From positions 10,602,001 to 10,666,000 of the forward strand of contig OX597815.1 of NCBI GenBank assembly GCA_951406725.2: a DNA stretch of 64,000 nt, given 5' to 3'. The stretch is from Octopus vulgaris (lineage: Eukaryota). A program made the position numbers and the translations under genes. How positions within the stretch are numbered: position 1 is the first letter of the stretch; every line of letters begins with the position of its first letter. Below, in pieces: positions 1 to 11,110 of this stretch. The notes beneath the pieces are model-generated. The model ran no database searches, was not told the DNA's origin, and saw only the letters and a list, made by a program, of their open reading frames with translations.

Positions 1-506
1 AAAGGAGAGGAACGGCTAATCAGCTGTGAAACTTGTTTATTGTTTGCAGAAATATCTTGAAGTGTTTCATTAACCTTTGCTGTTTCAAGGGAGGCCATCT
101 TATATAGTCAGGACAGATACTTGTGTGGAAAACAAGAGTACAAATGAAAATGAGTAAGAAAGACGAGAGAAAAGGAAATGGAAAAAGTTGTATAGGAAAC
201 TTCTCAATAAATTTCTAACCATCTTATAGCTTTCAATATAACAGTCCAATAACAGTCCATTTAAAAGACCCCAAAATCTTGTCCGTTCTATTGCAAGTAT
301 AAAATGAAGATTTTGCAGTACGAACACGCAAAACTCTTCTCGCCTATGCAATTATAACAACCCTAATTAATATTTGGCCTCAGAATAGGGAGTGTCTTCC
401 TAACCAATTACTTTATTGAGTTCGGATCACCTCTGCAAATGACACTGAAGCAAAATACTGAACAGAATTAATTGAAAACTATTTTAAGAAATGATCTTTC
501 GCAATA

Positions 507-547
<41 letters not shown>

Positions 548-551
<4 letters not shown>

Positions 552-750
552 CGGAGATGTACTCGCATAGCAAGTAATTTGATCTGAGATCGTGTGCTGA
601 AACGAAAACAATTGCAGCGTGGAAGGTGTTTATAAGCCATTTAAGAAACACACAAAAGCCGTTCGATTCACTTCAACATTTAAGTTTAATTTGTCAAAAT
701 ATTTTCGTCGCTAAAACTGCGACCTGTTCACTGACAAAGTCCGTGCTGCT

Positions 751-754
<4 letters not shown>
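548..754 (-). mobile_element. Short (TA)n-embedded hammerhead-bearing element (Penelope pLTR/retrozyme-like)
   Basis: About 205 bp between two (TA)n tracts; second copy at 10597-10800; contains a hammerhead fold at 690-738. Confidence 0.75.
690..738 (-). ncRNA. Minimal type-I hammerhead ribozyme, G3-C8 covariant core
   Basis: Minus strand: TTTGTCA-GTGAACA-G-GTCGC(AGTTTTA)GCGAC-GAA-AATATT-T-TGACAAA. 7-bp stem I, 5-bp stem II, palindromic stem III. Confidence 0.75.
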
Positions 755-804
<50 letters not shown>

Positions 805-809
<5 letters not shown>

Positions 810-1031
810 CTTTACTACCCACAAGGGCTAAACACAGAGGGGACAAACAAGGAAAGACAAAGGGATTAAGTCAACTACATAGACCCCAGTGCGTAACTGG
901 TACTTAATTTATCGACCCCGAAAGGATGAAAGGCAAAGTCGACCTCGGCGGAATTTGAACTCGGAACGTAACGACAGACGAAATACGGCTACGAATTTCG
1001 CCCGGCGTGCTAACGTTTCTACCAGCTCGCC
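805..1031 (-). mobile_element. tRNA-derived SINE, family B
   Basis: Head GGCGAGCTGGTAGAAACGTTAGCACGCCGGGCG, GAGTTCAAATTCC B-box-like motif, tail GGGTAGTAAAGAAATA; many copies in window. Confidence 0.9.
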
Positions 1032-1057
1032 TATATATATATATATATATATACATA

Positions 1058-1578
1058 TATCTGGACGCTTAACCACAACACAAACCAAATATATCTAATA
1101 TTTAAAAGATTATAATAGAACACGTGCCATTCTATGTACAACATCGATGGCTTCAGAAAACGTGACCATTGCCTCCTACGACTTCAGTACTGAGCAGAAT
1201 GTTGGAATTCTTGAATCCTTTCAGACACTTCTGTTGGGTCTTATTGATGGATTGATGGATTTTCAAATATCAACTGGGTAAATAAATGTAGTTTCCGCTT
1301 AGTGGATTTTCAATGCCTTGAAAACTAAATCGAACAGGGAAAACAATTAAAACGAAAACATATTCACTCACCAACACTGAAAGTACATTAAAAATAAACA
1401 TTTTCGTTGTATTTGTATGCTATATACTTAGACACACACACACTTCTGCAGATATAGATATATCACTCACTTTAACTTGTAAACAGATGAATCTGCCACG
1501 TGTTTCTGCATGTGACAATTGTGTCAATGAATATGTATCACATTTTAACAGCTTCTGACAGTTAATCAAATCTTGAAG
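1058..1578. repeat. Diverged local direct duplication, copy 1 (copy 2 at 6553-7148)
   Basis: Colinear shared blocks such as ATCTGGACGC.TAACCACAACAC, GTACAACATC.ATGGCTTCAG, GGAATTCTTGAAT, ACTCACCAACACTGAAA, GACAATTGTGTCAATGAATATGTATCA. Confidence 0.85.
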
Positions 1579-1959
1579 TGATTACAAATAACTTTTGATT
1601 ATTTTTTTGTGTCTCCTTGATTCCCATATGTTGTTTGATCGTTTAAATATTCGGAAACATGATATTCGGAGTAAGAAGTCAAGACACTTCTACTTACAAC
1701 ATTAATAACAACGACATTAACTCATTGGAAGTGTCAATGTGTACATACTTTGTCTTGGTGTAAAAGATGAATTACATCAAGTATTCTGATCATGCTACAG
1801 ATTTTCTGGCCAGTTGCTTAACCTTAACCAGTTGAGCATATCCCTTGGTGGCTGATGATACGTGCATCTCTGATTATGAACAGGAGTATTAGGGGAACAT
1901 CATAGCAAATCTTGAGAGGAATTATACAAAGACAACAGTAACAATACTTTCAGTTTTTT

Positions 1960-2165
1960 GGCACAAAACCAGCACGTTTGGGGGAAAGAGTATAAATCAC
2001 ATACCCCCCCCCCCCACCAGGGATTAACTGGTATTTATTTTTTCGACCCCCAAAAGAATAAAAGTCAAAGTCGACTCCGACGGATTTTGAACTCAAAAAT
2101 GTAAATTGTACGAAATGCCACTAAACATTTCGTCCAGCGTGCTAACGATTCTGCCGGTTCCTCCT
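1960..2165 (-). mobile_element. Degenerate SINE, family B-related
   Basis: TCGACCCC..AAAG..AAAGTCGAC..TTTGAACTC..GCTAACGATTCTGCC core. Confidence 0.7.
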
Positions 2166-2185
2166 GCTCCTCCTGCTCCTCCTCT

Positions 2186-2248
<63 letters not shown>

Positions 2249-2369
2249 CACTACTACTACTACTACTACTACTAATAATAATAATAATAAGTAATTCTTT
2301 TTTTTATAATAATTAATTCTTTTTTTTAATAATTCTTTTTTTTTAATAATTAATTCTTTTTTTAATGAT

Positions 2370-2795
2370 GATAAGGATAATAGTCAATTAGTCAAACTGA
2401 ACTAATCAAAAATACAGGGAAACGAAAAATGACAGGATTTAGGATGCGCCACCCAAAATCTGACATAAAAAGGTTATATATACAACGTATCGAAGGTGGT
2501 AGAGGCTTTATGCAGCTAGAAAACTATTACAAGATAACCACCATAGAATTACAGAGATACCTATATCTGAAGCAAGGAAAACTAATACAAATAACCACAA
2601 AACACGAACAAAGCAAAAAACTGTTTTCAGTCTTTAAGGAAGCTGACAAATACAAAAAGGAAGTCATTGTACCCAAGAACTACGAAGAAAAAGAAAAAAA
2701 CTGCAAAAGTAGTAAAACAACTGAAATCCAAACTAAAACTGGAATCGCAATGGATTATGATAAAACGATGGTAAGGAAAGCTCCTTCGTGGCAAA
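2370..2795 (+). mobile_element. R4/Dong-type non-LTR retrotransposon fragment (post-RT region)
   Basis: MRHPKSDIKRLYIQRIEGGRGFMQLE matches the HPK.D..RLY..R..GGRGL motif of RLE-type LINEs; frameshifted. Confidence 0.85.
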
Positions 2796-2796
2796 T

Positions 2797-4785
2797 AAGT
2801 GGAGAAGAGAGGAGGGATGAAATCAATATTAGAAAAGGACGGAAGTTATGCGGCAATCACCGGCAAGGGTATAGGCACCGACGCTTTGGAGGTTCGAGAA
2901 GTGAAGGCGGATCCAAAAAAGTGGAAGGAATGTAAAAAGTTAATCGAAAGAGAAGGGGCCAGTGTGAGGCTAACCCCCACCGGAAGAGCTAAGGAATAAT
3001 GTTCTAAAAAGAAGAGTGGTGTATAGAACGCTGTCGGTGCTATCCAAAAGGATATAAATTGTATTATTAAAGCGATAGAAGAATGTTTAAAAGAAATTAA
3101 AATTTCTAGAACTTTTTACACGAAAGGTAGAAAGTCTGGCACAGCGGAGGTGAGGTTCGCGAATGAAGAAGACGCGATAAACCACTCCACTGTGGCCATA
3201 AGGACACAAGAGGTGGTGCTTCTGCCGACTTACTGTGGCAAACGCCTGGCCAGGGTAAGGATAAGGCCAGGCGGCGAGCTGGCAGAAACGTTAGCACGCC
3301 GGGCGAAATGCTTAGCTATATTTCGTCTGCCGCTACGTTCAAATTCCACCGACATCGACTTAGCCTTTCATCCTTTCGGAGTCGATTAAATAAGTACCAG
3401 TTATGCACTGGGGTCGATGTAATCGACTTAATACCTATGTCTGTCCTTGTTTGTCCTCTCTGTGTTAAGCTCTTTGTGGGTAGTAAAGAAATAAGAATAC
3501 CCCCCAGAAATTAAAGAGACATGGCTGATAGCAGCAGTAATGCATAATATGGTAGAAGAAGCGAAGATACTAAATGTTACAAGAACCAATAAGATGAACC
3601 GATGGGGTGATGGTCTTGAAATGGCCATACAAGTGAGTCTAAGGAACTTAAAGGAAATGACAGAGGCGATAATAATGCCAGATGATGTTAGACTTAGAGT
3701 GGTGGTGGTGTGGGTGGGATAGACCTCCAAAATGCTACCAATGTGGAGAGAAGGGGCACTCGAAGGCAAGGTGACCCCAGAAGGGAAATAAAGATGAGAA
3801 GCGGCAGAAACAGCAGACTGTGGAACAAGAGCAAAATACCGAAGTGGCGGCACGAGAAGGTGAGGAAGAAGAAGAAGAAGAAGCTTTTACTGTGGTAAAC
3901 GAAAGAAAGAGGAAGGAACGCGTGAGCTCTCCGCCGGAGAGTCAGAAAAGAACAAAGGAGGTGGAGATGGACGCAAAAGAGCTCTGGCGAAATATAAGTA
4001 CTCCAGCTTCACCAACAAAAGATAGAGGAAATACGCAGTATAACACCATCACCAACGAAAATGGAGGTGGATACGGGCATTAGAGAATTTTCCAGCGAGG
4101 ATGTGCAAGAGATATACCAACAGAGATACAGACCTTGGAGATATTCTCCACAGAGAATGTGGAAGAGAAACACCAACAGAAGAACAGACTTTCCGGGACG
4201 GTATAGGTGCGTGACAAGAACGAACAAGCGAGAAACAGAGGAGGTTTAAGTGGAATATGGTAATGTATGTTAAAGGTACGTCTGTCGAAAGAAGCATAGC
4301 GAAATATAAGACAATTATAAAGGTGAAGTTGCCAGCGGAGAGATACACTGAAAGCGTTAAAGGAGTGTTAACGAACAAGGAGAGATATGACAAGCCGAGG
4401 GATTTGTTTGGAAACGAAACTGGCCCACTGGGTGCAGAAGTAGAATATGATGAACTGCCACCAGTTGTGGAATACAAAGAATTAGAACCTTTAATGACTT
4501 CAAAAAAAGTAAGTAAAAGTTAAAATGATAGAATAAAAATATGATGCTAATAGAAAAAAAAAGTGGAAAAAGAATATTAAATATTCTTTCATACAGTTTT
4601 TAATCTTCTTTGAACATTTAAAATGGCACTGCTTGGGAGTGGGGCTCAATGCAGCCATTTCATTATCATTAATTTTATATATTTCATGTCAACCGTTTTA
4701 TGTTTTTGTCCCCACTATGGTGTTGTGTCTGTCCTTGTATTGTCCCCTCTGTGTTAGAGCCTAAGTTGCTTGTTATAAAGAATAA
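2797..4785 (+). mobile_element. ORF1-only (gag-like) L1/Tx1-like retroelement, decayed
   Basis: Broken frames with RRM-like segment (AEVRFANEEDA) and zinc knuckle RPPKCYQCGEKGHSKAR*P at 3721-3777; no RT seen; 3' end resembles the SINE B tail. Confidence 0.65.
3270..3492 (+). mobile_element. SINE family B nested in ORF1-like element
   Basis: GGCGGCGAGCTGGCAGAAACG...GTAAAGAAATA interrupts the reading RVRIR|RIPPEI. Confidence 0.9.
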
Positions 4786-5095
4786 AACAACGAAACGGAA
4801 AATACCTACGCTGAACTATTTAGGAATCTGCAACTACTCCATCCAGATTACAAGTTCGGATTATACCTGTAATTATAGGGTAACACACTGCTTAAATATC
4901 AGTGTTGAGAAATTAGGCTTCTCAAAACCATAAAGGTGAAAGCTGATTCGAAGACTACAAATCCAAGCCATCAATGGAATGTAAAAATCTATAACACCTT
5001 CCAGAAGTTTATGATTTAAGTATATTTGAGCATGTCTAGACATGCAACTAACAATATATACATGAGAATATATATATAAAACAAAACATACAAAT
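4786..5095 (+). mobile_element. RLE-type LINE 3' end
   Basis: ENTYAELFRNLQLLHPDYKF...EKLGFSKP..KLIRRLQIQ, then runs into (CATA)n; homologous to 10205-10430. Confidence 0.7.
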
Positions 5096-5103
5096 CTGCA
5101 CAC

Positions 5104-5261
5104 ATACATACATACATACATACATACATACATACATACATACATACATACAAACATACATACATACATACATACATACATACATACATACATACATACA
5201 TACATACATACATACATACATACATACATACATACATACATACATACATACATACATACAT
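5104..5261. repeat. (CATA)n microsatellite
   Basis: Direct reading. Confidence 0.95.
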
Positions 5262-5506
5262 GCCCTGCTGATATTGAAATTGCAGTGAAGGAATCTCGGA
5301 CCTAGGTTAGAAACCGACTCCTCTATGGGCCTGAAATCTTGAAATAAAACTGAATAATGACATACATACATGCATGCATATTTGCATATACACACACATA
5401 GGTATGTATGTGTGTATAGGTTTTGACCTTGGTGTTTTGTGTAATTTTCCCCTTAATCGAAGTCAAAACCATGCAATGGGGCGATAGCCAGTATTATGAT
5501 TATCCT

Positions 5507-5541
<35 letters not shown>

Positions 5542-5552
5542 GCTATATATAT

Positions 5553-5930
5553 GGAGTGGCTGTGTGGCAAGTAGCTTGCTAACCTACCACAGGGTTCCGG
5601 GTTCAGTCCCACTGCGTGGCATCTTGAACAAAGTGTCTTCTGCTATAGCCCCGGGCCGACCAATGCCTTGTGAGTGGATTTGGTAGACGGAAACTGAAAG
5701 AAGCCTGTCGTATATATGTATATATATATGTATGTGTGTGTTTGTTTGTCTGTGTTTGTCCCCCTAGCATTGCTTGACAACCGATGCTGGTGTGCATACG
5801 TCTCCGTCACTTAGCGGTTCGGCAAAAGAGACCGATAGCTTACAAAGAATAAGTCCTGGGGTCGATTGCTCGACTAAAGGCAGTGCTCCAGCATGGCTGC
5901 AGTCAAAATGACTGAAACAAGTAAAAGAGA
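5553..5930 (+). mobile_element. tRNA-derived SINE, family A
   Basis: GGAGTGGCTGTGTGG A-box-like, GGTTCAGTCCC B-box-like, central TA/TG tract, tail CCAGCATGGCTGCAGTCAAAATGACTGAAACAAGTAAAAGAG. Confidence 0.9.
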
Positions 5931-6169
5931 GTGTACTTCTACTTAACAGAAGAAGCGTCAAGTTAAGCTAAAGTAGCATCAAATCCTATGTTCTTTCCAG
6001 CGCCAATATTAACGGAAGGGATTTTTTTTGCAGTACGATCACGTTAAAAATCCTTCTCGCCCATGTAATAATAACGACCCTAATATCTGACCTGAGAAGG
6101 GTGAGTACCTCTCTAAACGATTACTCTTTCGAGTTAGGATGCAACCGTCGCAACAAACTTTTATCTTTT

Positions 6170-6520
6170 ATCTTTTAGCTGTTTCAGTCATTTGACTGCG
6201 ACCATGCTGGGGCACATTTTTGAAGGGTTTTAGTCAAACAAATCGACCGTAAGACTCATTATTTGAAGCTTAGTACTTATTCTATCGGCTTCTTTTGCCG
6301 AATCGCTAAGTTAAGGGAACATGAGCATAACAACACCTGTTGTCAAGCGGTGGCGGGGGACAAACACAGACACAGAGATACTTCTTTCAGGTTACATCTA
6401 CCAAATCCACTTACAAGTTTTGGGATAGCCCGAGGCTATAATAGAAGCCACTTGCCCAAAATGACAGGCAGTGGTATTGAACCCGGAACCATGTCGTTGA
6501 GAAGCAAGCTTCTTACCGTA
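6170..6520 (-). mobile_element. SINE family A, diverged
   Basis: Reverse complement of family A head and tail. Confidence 0.8.
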
Positions 6521-6552
6521 GAAAACTATTTTAAGAAATAATCTTTGGTAAT

Positions 6553-6999
6553 ATCTGTATACATCTGGACGCCTAACCACAACACTGTCTAAATACATCT
6601 AAAATTTGAAAGAAGATAAGATTAAGGAAATCGATTGGTTCGTTATAGAACACGTGACATTCTAGGTACAACATCAATGGCTTCAGGAAAATGTGACCAT
6701 TACCTCCACGACACCAGAAATTTTGCAGAATATTGGAATTCTTGAATTTTTGTTGGTACTTATTGATGGATTTTCAAATATCAGACGAGGTAATATAATG
6801 TATTTCGCCATTCAATTGATTTTTAATGTCATGAAAGCTGATCGAACAGCGAAAACAATTTAAACAAAAAAAAAAACAAAAAAAAAGCAAACAAACAAAC
6901 AAAAAACAAACAAAATAAAACATACTCACCAACACTGAAATTACATTACAACTAGACAATTTCGTTGTATCTGTATGCTACACACATAGAAACACACAC

Positions 7000-7037
<38 letters not shown>

Positions 7038-7148
7038 ACACACAAATGCAGTAAACAGATAAATCTGCCACGTGTTTTGCCTGGGACAATTGTGTCAATG
7101 AATATGTATCATATTTTAACAGCTTCTGGCAGCTAATCAAATCTCGAT
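6553..7148. repeat. Diverged local direct duplication, copy 2 (copy 1 at 1058-1578)
   Basis: See copy 1. Confidence 0.85.
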
Positions 7149-7230
7149 GACTAATCGTATTCCGATGAGTTTAAGAAAATTGTTGCTTATTTTAGTGTTC
7201 TTATTTCCATATTCTATCAAATCATATTCT

Positions 7231-7755
7231 TATTTCTTTAATACCCACAAGGGGCTAAACACAGAGAGGACAAACTAGAACAGACAAACGGATTAAGTCG
7301 ATTATATCGACCCCATTGCGTAACTGGTACTTAATTTATCGATGAAAGGCGGAATTTGTACTCGGCGGAATGTGAGCTCAGAACGTTACGGCAGACGAAA
7401 TACATATTTCTTTACTACCCACAAGGGGCTAAACACAGAGGGGACAAACAAGGACAGACAAAGGGATTAAGTCGATTACATCGACCCCAGTGCGTAACTG
7501 GTAATTAATTTATCGACCCCGAAAGGATGAAAGGCTAAATCGACCTCGGCGGAATTTGAACTCAAAACGTAACGGCAGACGAAATACATATTTCTTTACT
7601 ACCCACAAGGGGCTAAACACAGAGGGGACAAACAAGGACAGACAAAGGGATTAAGTCAATTACATCGACCCCAGTCCGTAACTGGTACTTATTTAATCGA
7701 CCCCGAAAGGATGAAAGGCAAAGTCGACCTCGGCAGAATTTGAACTTGCCGCCTT
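7231..7755 (-). mobile_element. SINE family B tandem trimer
   Basis: Three body units joined at CGAAATACATATTTC; approximate TSD TATTCTAT(C/G)AAATCA. Confidence 0.85.
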
Positions 7756-7789
7756 AAATCCTATTCTATGAAATCAAAAGCTCCAATTT

Positions 7790-8260
7790 AACAGTTTCCC
7801 AATCCAAACAGATCAGGTGCTAGAGCATAACAGACCGGACCTAGTGGTGGGGGGCAGCATGCACACATGTGCAATATAGTTGATGTTGCTTGTCCCTTTA
7901 ACCCACGAGTAGTGAAGAAGGAAGACAAACAAGATAGGTGTATACAATCCTCTTATGTACGAAATAGCACGGCTATGGAAAATGAAGAAGATGAAGGTAG
8001 TACCAATTATTGTTGGACTCTTGGGAACAGTATCAGAAAGCATCAAGGGGAATATAAAGGAAATATGAATAGGGAGCCCAGTAAAACTGTTGCAGAAAGT
8101 TTGATTCCTTGGCTGGTTGGCGGGAGCAGAAACTACTGCATAGTAAATATGTGACCAGTAGCAAACAAGATGATGTTGACCAGAAGCACACCCATCAGTG
8201 GCTACAAAGCTCAGGGCTAAAAGTGTAGATCGAAGGCTTCATCTTAGCAGCTCAAGATTA
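7790..8260 (+). mobile_element. R4/Dong-type LINE restriction-like endonuclease fragment
   Basis: NRPDLVV...VDVACPF...EIARLWKMKKMKVVPIIVG.LGTV across frameshifts (PD..D RLE motif). Confidence 0.85.
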
Positions 8261-8319
8261 AAGATTATTTACTCGGAACTACCAAGGCGATGTGATGAAT
8301 GATGGAGTTATTCCATAGT

Positions 8320-9248
8320 TATTTCTTTACTACCTACAAGGGGCTAAACACAGAGGGGACAAACAAGGACAGACAAACGGATTAAGTCGATTACATCGAC
8401 CCCAGTGCGTAACTGGTACTTAATTTATCGACCCCGAAAGGATGAAAGGTAAAGTCGACCTCGGCGGAATTTGAACTCGACAGACGAAATATTTCTTTCT
8501 TTACTACCCACAAGGGGCTAAACATAGAGGGGACAAACAAGGACAGACAAACGGATTAAGTCGATTACATCGACCCCAGTGCGTAACTGGTACTTTATCT
8601 ATCGACCCCGAAAGGATGAAAGGCAAAGTCGACCTCGGCGGAAGTTGAACTCGACAGACGAAATATTTCTTTCTTTACTACCCACAAGGGGCTAAACACA
8701 GAAGGGACAAGCAAGGACAGACAAACGGATTAAGTCGATTACATCGACCCCAGTGCGTAACTGGTACTTAATTTATCGACCCCGAAAGGATGAAAGGTAA
8801 AGTCGACCTCGGCGGAATTTGAACTCGACAGACGAAATATTTCTTTCTTTACTACCCACAAGGGGCTAAACATAGAGGGGACAAACAAGGACAGACAAAC
8901 GGATTAAGGCGATTACATCGACCCCAGTGCGTAACTGGTACTTAATTTATCAACCCCGAAAGGATGAAAGGTAAAGTCGACCTCGGCGGAATTTGAACTC
9001 GACAGACGAAATATTTCTTTCTTTACTACCCACAGGGGGCTAAACACAGAAGGGACAAACAAGGACAGACAAACGGATTAAGTCGATTACATCGACCGCA
9101 GTGCGTAACTGGTACTTAATTTATCGACCCCGAAAGGATGAAAGGTAAAGTCGACCTCGGTGGAATTTGAACTCGGAACGTAAATACCGGACGAAATACG
9201 GCTACGTATTTCGTCCGGCGTGCTAACGTTTCTGCCAACTCGCCGCCT
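8320..9248 (-). mobile_element. SINE family B concatemer (1 head + 5 bodies)
   Basis: About 173-bp units; TSD TTCCATAGT at 8311-8319 and 9256-9264. Confidence 0.9.
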
Positions 9249-9325
9249 TGACTTGTTCCATAGTGCCAATTCCGCAATGATGAGATTGAAAGAGTGGACT
9301 AAAAATAATTTATTAATCAATAATA

Positions 9326-9746
9326 GGCGCAGGAGTGGCTGTGTGGTAAGTAGCTTGCTTACCAACCACATGATTCCGGGTTCAGTCCCACTGCGTGGCA
9401 TCTTGGGCAAGTGTCTTCTGCTATAGCCCCGGGCCGACCAATGCCTTGTGAGTGGATTTGGTAGACGGAAACTGAAAGAAGCCTGTCGCATATATGTATA
9501 TATATATGTATTTGTGTGTATGTTTGCGTGTCTGTGTTTGTCCCCCAAGCATTGTTTGACAACCGATGCTGGTGTGTTTACGTCCCCGTCACTTAGCGGT
9601 TCGGCAAAAGAGACCGATAGAATAAGTACTGGTCTTACAAAGAATAAGTCCCGGGGTCGAGTTGCTCGACTGAAGGCGGTGCTCCAGCATGGCCGCAGTC
9701 AAATGACTGAAACAAGTAAAAGAGTAAAAGAGTAAAAGAGTAAAGA
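9326..9746 (+). mobile_element. SINE family A
   Basis: Full head GGCGCAGGAGTGGCTGTGTGGTAAGTAGC to (GAGTAAAA)n tail. Confidence 0.92.
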
Positions 9747-9816
9747 GAATAATTGTTAAAATAGTAGGAAATACATTTTTTTTATAAAGTTATGAAACCG
9801 TATTAATTTAGAGAGA

Positions 9817-9865
<49 letters not shown>

Positions 9866-9876
9866 GTTTGTATATG

Positions 9877-9889
<13 letters not shown>

Positions 9890-9907
<18 letters not shown>

Positions 9908-10480
9908 CGTATTTGCTCTGTTCAACCGGCTACGCAGTGCTGTTTTAAATATACAGTCGGATCCTCCAGTCCGTACCAGTTCCAAGTCAACCGTTCGTCG
10001 GCCTACCCACACCTACGCGACGGCGAGCCCAAAGTCGTGTCGCTCCACGGTGTCTTGGGTGTGGAGTCGTGTTATTCGTGCCCACTTCACTCTGGGCTCT
10101 TCACGGTTTCTTTCGAAACCCGTGCGTCACCAGACGACGGCCTGTGAATGTGCACGGAGGCACGAACGACGACTCGAGTGAAGGGCGTCCGCCGCGACTT
10201 CCACCGGCGAGAACATCTATGCTGAACTGATGAGGAATATGAAGTGACTTCATCGCGACTATAGCTTCAGATTTCGGCAAATAAGTTGTGGAACTACTCG
10301 GCTACCTGGGGATTGCTTCAGTACCAATCTTCAGAAACTGGGTTTTACAAAACCAGAAAAAGAAATACACCTAATCAAAAGATTACAGCTACTGTCAAAA
10401 TATGTAAAGCATTCATGGAGTTCAACATATGATGAGATTTACATATGCAATGCCATCCGTACCATCGCCCATATGCATAT
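9890..10480 (+). mobile_element. Internally deleted RLE-type LINE (CpG-rich leader + 3' end)
   Basis: 10205-10400 translates ENIYAELMRNMK*LHRDYSFRF...LQKLGFTKPEKEIHLIKRLQ, similar to 4786-5020; preceded by a CpG-rich segment following (AAT)n. Confidence 0.55.
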
Positions 10481-10534
10481 GGACACAATCCATATATATA
10501 TGCATATATGTGCACATACATTTATATACATGTA

Positions 10535-10596
<62 letters not shown>

Positions 10597-10599
<3 letters not shown>

Positions 10600-10796
10600 C
10601 GGAGATGTACTTGCATAGCGAGTGACTTGATCTGAGATCGTGTACTGGAACGAAAACAATTGCAGCGTGGAAGGTGTTTATAAAACATTTAATAAACACA
10701 CAAAATATTTTGACAAATTAAATTTAAATGTTGAAGTAAATCTAACAGATTTTGTGTGTTTCTTAAATGGTTTATAAACACCTACTTCCACGCTGC

Positions 10797-10800
<4 letters not shown>
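10597..10800. mobile_element. Second copy of the 548-754 element, internally inverted (foldback)
   Basis: 10597-10705 colinear with 548-657; 10702-10800 is the reverse complement of about 610-705; flanked by (TA)n. Confidence 0.85.
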
Positions 10801-10849
<49 letters not shown>

Positions 10850-11027
10850 AGCATGCATGCATACATTCATGCAAACATACATGTATGCATATATACACGC
10901 ACGCACACATGAAATGCTAAATTGATTTCTTACATTATTAGTGAAAGGAAACAAGATAGTGTGATGATCCATGTGTTTTTCATAAATATTAGCAACTTCA
11001 CTGGAGTGGAACAATTACAACTAGTAA

Positions 11028-11110
11028 TAGAAACCGTATCGCTCTCCAAGCTCACCGGAAGTCAAACATCACAGTAGTTGTCATTATTCGGATGAATTAA
11101 TTAACCACTA
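11028..11110 (+). pseudogene. Possible degenerate 5S rRNA-derived SINE head
   Basis: CTCACCGGAAGTCAAACA...TTATTCGGATG..ACC loosely parallels 5S boxes A and C; heavily diverged. Confidence 0.35.

Noticed and set aside
1148-1282. 44-aa plus-strand ORF MASENVTIASYDF...
   Set aside because: Frame not conserved in the duplicate copy near 6677.
9087-9735. Recurrent ORFs such as [15 protein letters not shown] and [15 protein letters not shown]
   Set aside because: Chance translations of SINE family A repeated at every copy; not a gene family.
10222-10270. Hammerhead-like CTGAA-CTGATGA...CTATAG-C-TTCAG
   Set aside because: Lacks GAAA and lies in LINE coding sequence (YAELMRNMK) homologous to 4800-4860; likely coincidental.
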